This document shows, one piece after another, positions 1-10,701 of a stretch of 64,000 nt of DNA. A model generated the notes under the pieces. It was not told the origin of the DNA and ran no database searches. It saw only the letters and a list, made by a program, of their open reading frames with translations. The position numbers and the translations under genes are program-made. Numbering within the stretch: the stretch's first letter is position 1; the number at the start of each line of letters is the position of its first letter. This DNA is from Histomonas meleagridis 2922-C6/04-290x (lineage: Eukaryota; Protista; Parabasalia): assembly GCA_020184695.1 (NCBI GenBank), contig JAANOX010000017.1:62001-126000 (forward strand), given 5' to 3'.

Positions 1-148
1 AACATCTCTACATAAAACATATTTGGTTATATTTAAATATCATTAAAATCTAAATTGTATTTGATTGTTTGAGCTGATATGAAAGTTTTGTCTCATAAGT
101 TGATTTAAAAATTTACAAATAATGTTTAAAAATTGTCTATCCAAATGT

Positions 149-2835
149 TCAATTTCCTTTATACTCAAGAAGCAAATTCACTATTTCTGTATGTTCATTT
201 AGAGATGCCATTTCAAGTGCTGTATATTGTGAAATAAAAAATTCTTAAATATTAATTTAAAATGTTAAATTATTTTAATCAATATTCAATAAACTAAATT
301 AATTTTTTTAACATTAACATCTATGTCTTTTTGTTTAAGAAGTAATTTTACTATATCTATGTAACCTTCTTCAGCTGCCCACATAAGTGCTGTATAAAAT
401 AATTTAAATTATTTTCAAGTATTATTTTTATATATCAAAATAATAAAATAAACAGAAAATAAAATAAATAAATATTAACAGCATTAATATCAATTCCTTC
501 TTGTTCAAGAAGTAATTTAACTATTTCTGTATAACCATATCCAGATGCTTCAATAAGTGCCGTATCATACAATATAAAATATTTCTAAATATTACTTTGA
601 AATAATAAATAATTAAAACAGCCTTTAAACAATCGAAACAAATATCTTTAACATTAATATCAATTCCTTTTTGTTCAAGAAGTAATTTAACTATTTCTGT
701 ATAACCACATGAAGATGCCAAAATAAGTGCTGTTCTGAATAATTTAAATAATTTCCAAATATTATTTTGAAATATAAAATTATTATAATAAATAATATCT
801 TTAGCATTAATATCAATTTCTTCTTGTTCAAGAAGTAATTTAACGATTTCTATGTGATTTTCCTCACATGCTTTTATAATAGCTGTTTTAAATAATTTAA
901 TTAATTTCCAAATATTTTTATTAAAACATCAATTTATTAAAATAAATATTAAACAAAACAAATAAATATCTTGTTCATTGATATTAATTGATCTTTGTTC
1001 AAGAAGTAATTTAACTATATCAATATGATTAAATTCAGATGCCCATATAAGTAATGTATAAAATAATTTATATAATTTCCAAATGTTATTTATAAATATT
1101 AAAATATCAAAATAAGTATCAAATATTATAAATCATCTAATTTTTTTATTTTAGTTCCTTTATGCACAATAAGTAATTTAATTATATCTGTATAACCAAA
1201 TAGATAAGCAACATAAAGTGCTGTTTGAAATAAATTAAATAATTTCCAAATATTATTTTGAAATATTAAATTATTAAAATAAATTTCAAATAAAACTATT
1301 CAATATTTTCAGCATTTGTATCAATTTCTTCATGTTCAAGAAGTAATTTAACTATATCTGTATAACCAAATGCGGTTGCTTTTATAAGTGCTGTTTCAAA
1401 TAATTTTAACAAATTCCAAATATTATTTAGAAAGATAAAATCATAAAAATAAATTTCAAATAAAATAAATGAATACTTTTAGCATTAACATCAATTCCTT
1501 CTTGTTTAATAAGTAAAATAACTATATCTTTATAATTATTTTGTGCTGCAAGGAAAAGTGCTGTATCAAATAAATTAAATAATTTCCAAATATTATTTTG
1601 AAATATAAAATTATTAAAATAAATATCAAATAAAACAAATAAATATTTTTAGCATTAACATCAATTCCTTCATGTTCTAAAACATATTTAATAAGCTCAA
1701 TATTATTTGAATTTGCGGAAAAAGCCAAAATATTTATAGGGATTTGATTTTCTTTCAGAAAATATTTAACAAGATATAAGTTACCATATCTTGCTGCGTT
1801 ATTAATAACATTGTTGTTTATTTTCATTCCTTCTTCAAGTAGAAAATTAAAAATTTCATAATTATGATAACAAATACATACTCCACTTAGTGTTTCTAAT
1901 TTTTTGATTTTTTCGAATTTATTTTCATAAAGATATTTAAAGATATCATTTTGATGGAATTTTATTGCTGTTTCATATGCACCTTCAAATGATGAATGAT
2001 TTTGTACACATAAATGAATAATTTCTTCATTTCCACCTGCAACTGCATATTTGCCTGTGTTATTTACATCGGCATTATTCATAAGCAAATATTTAAAACA
2101 TTTAATAGATCCAAAAAATGCAGCATAATCAATTAACGAAACTTTTATATATTCCCAACCAACAAAAGAACATCTTTCATAAGGAGATAGTTTAATGTAT
2201 TGATTAAAATCAAAATTGGTTTGTGATGATATTTCTTGAAGTTGTTTGATTTCATCATTTCGAATTATTTTTGCAATTTTATTTGGATTAACTCCTTCTT
2301 CAATTAATTTCTTATGAAGTTCCCAATCATTCTTTGATAGTTCATCATAATTTTTAAGTATTTGTTTCATAAATTTATTAAATTTTAATGCTTTAATTTC
2401 TTTTTTTGACATGTAATGTGAAAAATATGGATTCGATTTGTTTTCTTCAAGATTTGGTTCAAAAAGTTTTTGTTTGTTCATATAATAAAGAAGATAATTT
2501 GCTTCTTGTATTTGTTTGGACAAAAGGTAACTTATAAATTCATCAATTATATTTATTTTGCTCCCATTTTTCTCTTCTAATGCTTTGATTTCTTTCAAAA
2601 AGTTTAAATATATATCAGGGTTGTTATTTTTCAGTACAAACTGTGTGTATATCATTTGATTTATAATTAAATTAAAAGAAATTGGGTAATTTTCATCGAA
2701 TTTGTTAAATATAGTATTCGCTGATTGTGTAAAATTTACTTCATTTAAACTAAAGATTATCTGTTTTAGAAACAAAATTGTTTCAAATTCACTTTGATTT
2801 TCCATTTTTTCGTCATTTAATCTTTCTGATGACAT
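149..2835 (-). CDS. Ankyrin-repeat protein (DUF3447-like N-terminal region), locus A; 3' part split by nine intron-like inserts
   Basis: Open ORF from ATG 2835 with the family motifs NPNKIAKIIRNDEI and LIDYAAFFGSIKCFKYLL. It runs into the first insert after GIDVNAK (1648). Eight intact 87-nt ankyrin cores follow (e.g. TALILASSCGYTEIVKLLLEQKGIDINVK), then a last partial repeat ending TALEMASLNEHTEIVNLLLEYKGN* at 149-151. Confidence 0.75.
224..1647 (-). repeat. Tandem array of about 170-bp units (87-nt ankyrin core + 83-nt AT-rich insert made of four 20-nt monomers)
   Basis: Inserts at 1565-1647, 1395-1477, 1225-1307, 1058-1137, 887-970, 734-799, 564-646, 394-476 and 224-306, of 83, 83, 83, 80, 84, 66, 83, 83 and 83 nt. 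Confidence 0.9.
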
Positions 2836-3228
2836 ACGATGCAACTTAATGGCACATTTTTGATAAACTTTTTGAGTGGGAAATGACGATTAAAATATAC
2901 TGATCAAAAATACAACAAAAATATATTGAGCAAAAATGAATATATGCTTTTAACAAATATGACTAGTATATGAACTTATAATCATACAATAATGCCAATA
3001 ATAATTTCAACAATTTTTTACAAGTGAATGTATATTACTACGTTTTTCTAATTCTAGGAAATCATTCCCATTCATTTAAGAAATCAGTGTTCACAAAAAA
3101 CTATAATGAAATTATCTTCAATTTTCTAACAAATTACAAATTGTGATTAATAATTTAATAAATTCATCAATCACCAATGAAAACATTTAGAAATTTCATC
3201 AAAAAATCTAAAACAACCGTTTCTATCT

Positions 3229-4722
3229 TTATTCATTGGGTTTCTTCGACCAAATTGGTATGACAGTTGGCTTAGGTACAGGTGAATGCACCAACTTTGA
3301 TGACATTGCATGTTTACTCTTATCATCTGCTTTATTACATTGTAACTTTGTCATTGGTTCGGATTTTTCTGTTGATGAATCTGTTTCAATTTCTTGATTA
3401 TTCTTTTTAAAGTACGCCAATAAGTCTGAAGATGAATATGACTCAGAAGATGTTTCAGATGAGCTTGATGATGTTGTGGTTTCAGTCGATATTGTTGACG
3501 ATGAAAATGTATCTGATGAATCTTTGGGTAAATCATTAACGGCGGACATTTGAACTTGAACTTTCATTGAGTTTAGGTTACTCTTAAGTGATAAACCAGC
3601 ACGACTAAAGCTTGGATGAATGGATTCTTTAGTTTCTTGAGGCGAAGGTTCTCTGAACGATAGGCCTCTAAACGGTCGCGATGCTGGTGGTCGTGGCGCT
3701 TTTCCTGTTTGTGTGAATCTACGCTCTCTTCGAAACCCAATGGTAGGTGTGGAAGACCAATCATATTTGTAATCGTAGATATAGCCTTTTCGAATGAATA
3801 AATCTCGAAACATTTGGCGATATCGTGAATATTCTGGTTCTTCAGTAAAGTCTAGATGACGAACTAATCGAAGGTATTCAGCAAACTCGGATGGAAGACC
3901 TTCACATACACGAGATAATGGAATATTTTCTTTGTAATCACAAATCATTTCGAATTTTGTTTTCAATTTGTCACCACTGAGACCAATCCATGGAAGTGTG
4001 CCTTTGAGTAAATAAACAAATACATATCCAAGTGATTCCATATCATCTCGTCTAGATTGTTCAAGTCCTTTAAGTGCATTAATAGATGCATATCGGGCCG
4101 TGCCAGTGAGGTTTTTGCCTTCAACTAAAGGAATATGTTCATATGTTGATAAATCTCGATATCTTTTGGAAAGTCCAAAATCAATGATATAAACTTGAGA
4201 AGCATTTTTTCCAAGACCCATAACAAAATTATCTGGTTTTATATCTCTGTGTATAAAAGATCTTTTGTGGATATATTCAACACTTGATATCATTTGATCA
4301 GCAAGCATTAAAACTGTCTTAAGTGTAAGCCTTTGAGGTCCACGGAAGAGAGCTTCTATTGACTTACCAAATAAGTCAATTACCATTATATCATTGGTTG
4401 CTTGAGTTCCAAACCAATGAAGTTTTCCTATATTGACAGCGCCTGAAAATATATTATAAAGCTTTGCTTCATATTTGAGTTGAGGATACTTTGTCCTATT
4501 ATCTTCAAATTTCGCAGCATATTTATTACCATCTTTATCTTGACATACAAATATTTGGCCAAAGCTTCCTGCCCCAATTTTATTAAGAAGGGTATATTTG
4601 CTTTTTATTGATATAGGTTGTGTTCTCATGAAATATTGTTGGCCCTGATAAAAATTCCCAAAGTATTCAAAATATTTTGTTTGGGAAAATAGAGCGATAG
4701 AATGTTTTGAATCGAAACCCAT
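3229..4722 (-). CDS. CK1: Casein kinase 1 family Ser/Thr kinase
   Basis: IGAGSFG, PQLKYEAKLY, HRDIKPDNF, IDFGLSK, LTGTARYASINA, EQSRRDDMESLGY, PEYSRYRQMFRDLF and YDYKYDW motifs; Ser-rich tail. The true start may be the downstream MRTQP. Confidence 0.95.
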   Translation of the reverse strand: MGFDSKHSIALFSQTKYFEYFGNFYQGQQYFMRTQPISIKSKYTLLNKIGAGSFGQIFVCQDKDGNKYAAKFEDNRTKYPQLKYEAKLYNIFSGAVNIGKLHWFGTQATNDIMVIDLFGKSIEALFRGPQRLTLKTVLMLADQMISSVEYIHKRSFIHRDIKPDNFVMGLGKNASQVYIIDFGLSKRYRDLSTYEHIPLVEGKNLTGTARYASINALKGLEQSRRDDMESLGYVFVYLLKGTLPWIGLSGDKLKTKFEMICDYKENIPLSRVCEGLPSEFAEYLRLVRHLDFTEEPEYSRYRQMFRDLFIRKGYIYDYKYDWSSTPTIGFRRERRFTQTGKAPRPPASRPFRGLSFREPSPQETKESIHPSFSRAGLSLKSNLNSMKVQVQMSAVNDLPKDSSDTFSSSTISTETTTSSSSSETSSESYSSSDLLAYFKKNNQEIETDSSTEKSEPMTKLQCNKADDKSKHAMSSKLVHSPVPKPTVIPIWSKKPNE

Positions 4723-5310
4723 CGTTTCACATATTGAAAAATGTCACCTGCTCTTAACGTTCGATTCTACGATAGGAAATGCTGTAGGCAGCGGCTTGTA
4801 TAAACTGTCATCTGTTTTGTGGTTTTAACCTTTAGTAAACGGCTTTTGGCGGCGAAAATCATCGGCACCTCAAAACACGTTCTCCGTTGCTGGTATTTTA
4901 CACGTGTTTCTAACAAATGAATAAGAAAGCTTTCATCATTTTTTGTTAATTCCTAGATTTTTTGGGATTAAAACCAATTTTTTATTGGGTTTTTGTTGAA
5001 AGAAATGAATACTGTCTTAACGATGACGATTAATATCAACACAAAATCGAACAGACATTGTCACAAGCACCCGACCATTTACTTATTCAATTCAAAATAA
5101 ACATTTATTTTGGCTTTTTTTATTATGAACATTTACACAAAAACGGTTGTTGTCAAAAAGCTTGTCAGGAATTTATAAAAGCAGCTTTTTCAATTGGTTA
5201 TTTGCGACACTTTTTGTTTAGGCCTTGACACCCCCTTTATAAATTCTGAGAGTGCATAGAAATATTTAACGGCTAATTGAAAGGGAAAACTGGCCGCCTC
5301 AAAAAATAAA

Positions 5311-6279
5311 ATGTCTCTTGTGCAACAAGCTGTCGAAGCAATCATCAGACCTCCAAGGAGGGAATACAACAACGTAGATATCCCATTAGTTTACAGGGAT
5401 GAGCGTAAAATTTCTTACAAACGACATCCAGTCAACTATACGAATGAACGTAACCAAAAGATTGTAGGTTCAATTTATGTTCGTGAAGACAAAGATCCTA
5501 TGGATGGTGGTCCATGTGTTATTTATCTTCATGGAAACTCTTCAAACCAATTCGAAGGTCAATTCTTAATCTCAAACATTTGCTCACTTGGTATAGCGCT
5601 GTATCTCTTTGATTTCGCTGGCTGTGGCGATAGCGATGGTGATTATATCTCTCTTGGTTATTACGAGATCAAAGATCTTAACTTTTTGATTTCACAACTT
5701 AACTCAACATTTGGTTTTGATAAATTTGCTCTCTGGGGACGCTCTATGGGAGCAGCCACAGCTGTTTTATGCCGTAATCCATTAGTTGTATGCAAAGTTG
5801 TTGACTCAACATACAGTTCACTCTATGAAGAAGTCAAAGCTATGGCTTCAAATCTCGGTGTTCCTGGTTTTCTTTCTCCCAGTATTATATGGATTTTAAG
5901 TCATCTTATTTCCAACAAATCAGACTTCGACCTCTACAGCGTAGAGCCACTCGAAGAAGCAAAGAAGCCAGGAAACTGCCCAATGATCATGTGTCATGCT
6001 ACAGACGACAAACTTGTTCCTTTTGAACAAGGAAAACAAGTTTTCGATGCATATTCAAACCCAGACAAAATCTTCGTAAAGGTTTCACACGGCCACAATG
6101 GACGACGTGGAAGCGCATGGATCTCACGCGCGCTTGGCTTCATACTTGATAAATTTGGCATTCAACATACAGATAAGTTATATGTCGAAACGTCATGTCA
6201 CTTGAAGCCAGTTCAACACTTTAAGGATATCAGAGACTTAATGGGCGCACAGAAGGTGTGTACAACTGCTTGTTTGTGA
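5311..6279 (+). CDS. Alpha/beta hydrolase (ABHD/S9-like serine hydrolase)
   Basis: IIRPPR N-terminus, YLHGNSS oxyanion segment, DFAGCGDSDG, GRSMG nucleophile elbow, HATDDKLVP (Asp) and GHNG (His). Confidence 0.85.
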   Translation: MSLVQQAVEAIIRPPRREYNNVDIPLVYRDERKISYKRHPVNYTNERNQKIVGSIYVREDKDPMDGGPCVIYLHGNSSNQFEGQFLISNICSLGIALYLFDFAGCGDSDGDYISLGYYEIKDLNFLISQLNSTFGFDKFALWGRSMGAATAVLCRNPLVVCKVVDSTYSSLYEEVKAMASNLGVPGFLSPSIIWILSHLISNKSDFDLYSVEPLEEAKKPGNCPMIMCHATDDKLVPFEQGKQVFDAYSNPDKIFVKVSHGHNGRRGSAWISRALGFILDKFGIQHTDKLYVETSCHLKPVQHFKDIRDLMGAQKVCTTACL

Positions 6280-6681
6280 ATTTTATCAAATCGGACTTAG
6301 TTTGTGGAATTTTTCCAATAACACTATATAAAATATATGTTATTTTTGTAATAACTTTGTTTTTAATTGTTTTGATTTGACTTTTATTTAGTCAAAAATA
6401 TTTTAATTTGATTTGTGAACATATTTGAACGTGTGAATGTTCGCTTGGTTTTGGTGGTGAGTTTAGTTAAATTGACATTAGTAATTGATATAACTCGGAT
6501 TGATACATTGTTGCATGACATATAATAAATTTTTAGGTGATATATTGATTAACTCTGATGCAAAATTGCTAAGCCCCTGTTGGGTAACCAGTTGCCCCGA
6601 ATGATTTGGGATGGATAAGCTTCTTCAATATTTGGTTGTGAAATTGATCTAAAAGTTAACGTACGTGTTAAACGGTTTCAA

Positions 6682-7998
6682 ATGAATTACAAAAAAGAAG
6701 CGAAAAGAAAAAACGAAGGAAAAGTGATAGTCCCAAATGGAAAAATTGGGAAAGATGACAGGATTCAGTTTATATTTACTCAGCTAACATCAACATGTAA
6801 TGAGGAAAATTTTGATACATTGCTTGAATTAATTGATGAGTTAGGTCTAGAACTTAAACTTGAACCTTCCATTGCAAACCAAGTTGTGAGGAATTGTTTT
6901 GAAATAATAAATTCAGGTCAATTGGATTTTTTATATAAGGTTTTATCTGTTGCAAGTTATGCCTTTCAATTTACAGAAACGCCACAAGAACTTTTCCAAC
7001 AATTACAAATATGGAATACATTTAAAAACGTTCTAAATCCAACCATAGGAATTCCATTTCTTTTAAAAATTATTGACTTTATTGACTATTTTCTTGAAAA
7101 AATATCCAAATACGACATCAGTGTGCAATGGCTCGAAGAAGCATTCTTTATTTTTCATAAATTTTCTATTTTAGATGATGTTAATTTCTTTCAACTTCGA
7201 TCAACTTTTTTGGAACTTACCTCCAAGATTATACCCAAAGCTCTTTTAACTGAAGATCAAGTTCATGAAGGTTATTCTTTTTATTTTTCTAATCTTGAAC
7301 ATTTTAATCCAAATTTTGATTTTGTTTATGTTTTTTCTTCTATATATTCACTTCTTTCCAAGTATCCCTTTTTATACGAAACATTTATTAACCTTCATCA
7401 CTTTGAGATTACATTTAGTCTCTTTACGTCATCTAATCCTGAGCTTGTTACCAAATGCATTTCGATTTTCACTCCAATTGTTTCTAACGATATCATAATT
7501 GAATACTTTATTCAAAATCACTTCATAAGTATTGTTGTCCAACAAATCAGATATTGTATAAATGATGTAAAAGCAAAACTCATAAAGTTTACATATGAAT
7601 TAGCTGAGGTGAGTCCTATTTTATCACAAGAAGTCATTGATACTGAATTACTTAAAATTGCTGATTTATATGTGAATAACTTCGAATTAGAGGTGTATAC
7701 ATTACGTTTAGTAAGATGTGTACTCACTCGGCAGCAACTACCACCAGATGAATATATTTATAATTATTCTCTCATGAAATCAATTGCATTTTTATCCACT
7801 GATGATCCAACAATAATTGCAGACTCTGCAAAAATAATTATGATGTTACATACCCAAATCAAACAAATATCAGACGAAACTACACAAGAAATTGTCGAAG
7901 AGGCAGAAGCCCTCAGAAACAATGAGGCGCAAGATGTTGCCGAAGCTATGGATGAGCTCATCGCCGTTTTATGTACCGATGAAGAAACAGATTTTTGA
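6682..7998 (+). CDS. Hypothetical helical-repeat (ARM/HEAT-like) protein
   Basis: 438-codon uninterrupted ORF, Leu/Ile/Phe-rich amphipathic helices and an acidic C-terminus; no family recognised. Confidence 0.7.
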   Translation: MNYKKEAKRKNEGKVIVPNGKIGKDDRIQFIFTQLTSTCNEENFDTLLELIDELGLELKLEPSIANQVVRNCFEIINSGQLDFLYKVLSVASYAFQFTETPQELFQQLQIWNTFKNVLNPTIGIPFLLKIIDFIDYFLEKISKYDISVQWLEEAFFIFHKFSILDDVNFFQLRSTFLELTSKIIPKALLTEDQVHEGYSFYFSNLEHFNPNFDFVYVFSSIYSLLSKYPFLYETFINLHHFEITFSLFTSSNPELVTKCISIFTPIVSNDIIIEYFIQNHFISIVVQQIRYCINDVKAKLIKFTYELAEVSPILSQEVIDTELLKIADLYVNNFELEVYTLRLVRCVLTRQQLPPDEYIYNYSLMKSIAFLSTDDPTIIADSAKIIMMLHTQIKQISDETTQEIVEEAEALRNNEAQDVAEAMDELIAVLCTDEETDF

Positions 7999-8090
7999 AC
8001 CGAATTTAATCGTTGGACATGTGATGTAAAATGAATAAAAATTCTATAAAATTCAAAGATGTTATTTTAGTTGAGCTTTGCTATTGGCGT

Positions 8091-9092
8091 TTATCCAAGA
8101 AAGACCGGCTCGGCACCATCGTTAACTTCTTCTGGTGCTTCTTCCTCATAGAATGGTTCATCAGCAATTCTGTAGATTTCGTTTTCGTCATAGTCATCAT
8201 TGGAAACTTCGAGAGCTGGAGCTGTGCCGTCTCCTTCTAATTCAATAGCAACACCATTGCCTTCTTCGATGTAGAGTGGTTCATCATCTTGTATAATTTC
8301 GTCGTAGACTGGGACTTCGATGGCTGGAACAGTTCCATCACCTTCTAATTCAACGGCAACTGCATTACCTTCAGCTTCTTCTTCGTCATAGAATGGTTCA
8401 TCAGCAATTCTGTAGATTTCATTTTCATCATCATTAGCAACTTCGAGAGCTGGAGCTGTGCCGTCTCCTTCTAATTCAATAGCAACACCATTGCCTTCTT
8501 CGATGTAGAGTGGTTCATCATCTTGTATAATTTCGTCGTAGACTGGGACTTCGATGGCTGGAACAGTTCCATCACCTTCTAATTCAACGGCAACTGCATT
8601 ACCTTCAGCTTCTTCTTCGTCATAGAATGGTTCATCAGCAATTCTGTAGATTTCATTTTCATCATCATTAGCAACTTCGAGAGCTGGAGCTGTGCCGTCT
8701 CCTTCTAATTCAATAGCAACACCATTGCCTTCTTCGATGTAGAGTGGTTCATCATCTTGTACAATTTCGTCGTAGACTGGGACTTCGATAGCTGGAGCGG
8801 TGCCATCACCTTCTAATTCAACGGCAACTGCATTACCTGGGATTATGTATTGGTGTGATTCTTCATCATCTTCATAGCTAACGTATCCGTTTTCTGGTAT
8901 GTATTTTCCGTCATAATTGTATTCGCCTTCTTGTTCACCATCATAAAGGTTATAACCTTCACTTTGGAGATCTTCTTCGTAAGCTGGGGCATCATTGGTG
9001 TATTCTTTGTCGTATTCAGCGTAATATGGTTCTTCTGCTGCGTCAACAACGTAGTATTGGGAAACGCAGAAAGCTGTTAAAAGCAAAAACAT
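8091..9092 (-). CDS. Secreted or surface acidic repeat protein
   Basis: ATG at 9092 gives a signal-like MFLLLTAFCVSQYYVVDA; Glu/Asp/Tyr-rich; three 78-aa repeats; C-ending codon bias typical of highly expressed genes. Confidence 0.85.
   Translation of the reverse strand: MFLLLTAFCVSQYYVVDAAEEPYYAEYDKEYTNDAPAYEEDLQSEGYNLYDGEQEGEYNYDGKYIPENGYVSYEDDEESHQYIIPGNAVAVELEGDGTAPAIEVPVYDEIVQDDEPLYIEEGNGVAIELEGDGTAPALEVANDDENEIYRIADEPFYDEEEAEGNAVAVELEGDGTVPAIEVPVYDEIIQDDEPLYIEEGNGVAIELEGDGTAPALEVANDDENEIYRIADEPFYDEEEAEGNAVAVELEGDGTVPAIEVPVYDEIIQDDEPLYIEEGNGVAIELEGDGTAPALEVSNDDYDENEIYRIADEPFYEEEAPEEVNDGAEPVFLG
8135..8837 (-). repeat. Intragenic 234-bp tandem repeat x3 (78 aa)
   Basis: aattcaacggcaactgcattacc recurs at 8347, 8581 and 8815; each unit has two A-x-E-L-E-G-D-G-T-x-P-A-x-E-V sub-repeats. 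Confidence 0.95.
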
Positions 9093-9885
9093 TTTGTCGC
9101 CGGTTAGGAAACCGTTGGCATTTGACAATACAATTTGAATGATGTTCGTTTCAATTAATTGAATTCGTGGAAAATTAAAAGAAACCGTAATGCGCGTAAA
9201 GCATTAAAATAAATTCACAGAGTATCGTTTCCATATTGAACCGCCTCCTTTTAATTTTGAATTATATCGGCGAAATTACCCCATTGAAAGTCATTTTCCT
9301 AAATGATGCTAGGTATCAGTTAAATGATATCTTCCTTCGATGCTTTCATGTTATAACTGTTTTTTTCTTTTTTGGCGCAATATTTATCATTTGTTTTTTA
9401 ATGGACTTATAAATGTGTACTTGAACTGTAACATTTATTTGTCACTTTTTCGATTTTTGGTATTTGATCACTTTATAAAAAGTGAACGATAAAAATCAAT
9501 TGAATGATCAAGCAGTTTTATTCATATTATTTTAGTTGCGAATTTTATTTTTTTTCGAAAATCCATGAATAGCTTGTTTAAAAAAATTCTGTTTGGATGA
9601 GAAAAAAATATTAATTTAATGATATTGACATAAAAATTTTATGTTTTTTTACATGATTAACCTTTTTGAAGGTATTTTTATTGTCCATGTCTTGGACTCC
9701 ACGATGATAAAAAAGAATTCATATTTTTCAACAATAAATGATAAATTTGAAATCAAACAATAAAAAATATGCTATTAAAAGCAAAGCATCAAGATAACAT
9801 TAACACAACAGTTTCATTCATCAATTGATTCACTTTATCTCGATAAAAATCAATAAATTAAATCTAATTTACAAAAACAAACATA

Positions 9886-10698
9886 TTACAAACATAAGTA
9901 TTTTTTCTCTTTTTCATCAACAACTTGTAAGACATTGTTTACAATGTTAAAACAATTCGATTTCGCCTTTTCCATTATTTCTTTAAATTTATTGAAATCA
10001 GATGCAATATTCCAATTACATTTTGACCATTTCTTTGCTATTTTTTCAACAAGTCCAATGTAAAACAAAATAATAATTTTCCAAAGCATTGTTTTATCAG
10101 ATGACCCTCGAACGAGATTACTATCAGTAATTGTTTCAAATGTGCAATTAACGCAAACAATCAAAATTAACATCATCGGAAATTGTCGCTTTGGAGAAAA
10201 AGCTGCATCGAGAATATCTTTAGATATACGATTAAATTTGCTAAAAAGAATAAGTGGGAAGAAAAGTCCAAGAAGTCCTGTTCCCCTAAGATCTGTCGTA
10301 GGATTAAATCCTTGAAATCCAAGTACAGTCCATTGAGGACCTTTTAATGGTGGATATTTTGGACATTTCGTTATAGAAAAATGAAGAGCAAAAAGAAGTT
10401 TACGATGTAATTCATTACTTTCTGTAAATTTAATTTTGGTGAGTTTAAATATGTTTTTTAGGAGTTCTTTAGATTCTGAGTCAAGCTCATTAAAATATGA
10501 AATTTTTTGAGTAAAATTTGTAGTGACAATTGATGATGATTCACATTCTTTATATAAAGATTGCTGAATTTCATTGACAACTTCATCTATTGATTGATTA
10601 AAAGATCCTTCTTCTGTTTCCATCCCAAGAAAAAACGGCAAAAAATATATAGTCAAAAAATTAACAATAGCTGTCAATTTGTCCTTATCATCAACCAT
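9886..10698 (-). CDS. ELMO/CED-12 domain protein (ELMOD-like Arf/Arl GAP)
   Basis: Signature WTVLGFQGFNPTTDLRGTGLLGL. An alternative start METEEG lies at 10623. Confidence 0.85.
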   Translation of the reverse strand: MVDDKDKLTAIVNFLTIYFLPFFLGMETEEGSFNQSIDEVVNEIQQSLYKECESSSIVTTNFTQKISYFNELDSESKELLKNIFKLTKIKFTESNELHRKLLFALHFSITKCPKYPPLKGPQWTVLGFQGFNPTTDLRGTGLLGLFFPLILFSKFNRISKDILDAAFSPKRQFPMMLILIVCVNCTFETITDSNLVRGSSDKTMLWKIIILFYIGLVEKIAKKWSKCNWNIASDFNKFKEIMEKAKSNCFNIVNNVLQVVDEKEKKYLCL

Positions 10699-10701
10699 TT
10701 A

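Noticed and set aside
224-1647. Ankyrin inserts as ordinary GT-AG or U12 AT-AC introns
   Set aside because: GT is not conserved at the 5' end. The AG in ACAGCA is coding (replaced by ACGG, ACAT, ACAA or ACAC in other units), and using it or the AC of the Thr codon gives the wrong frame or deletes conserved residues.
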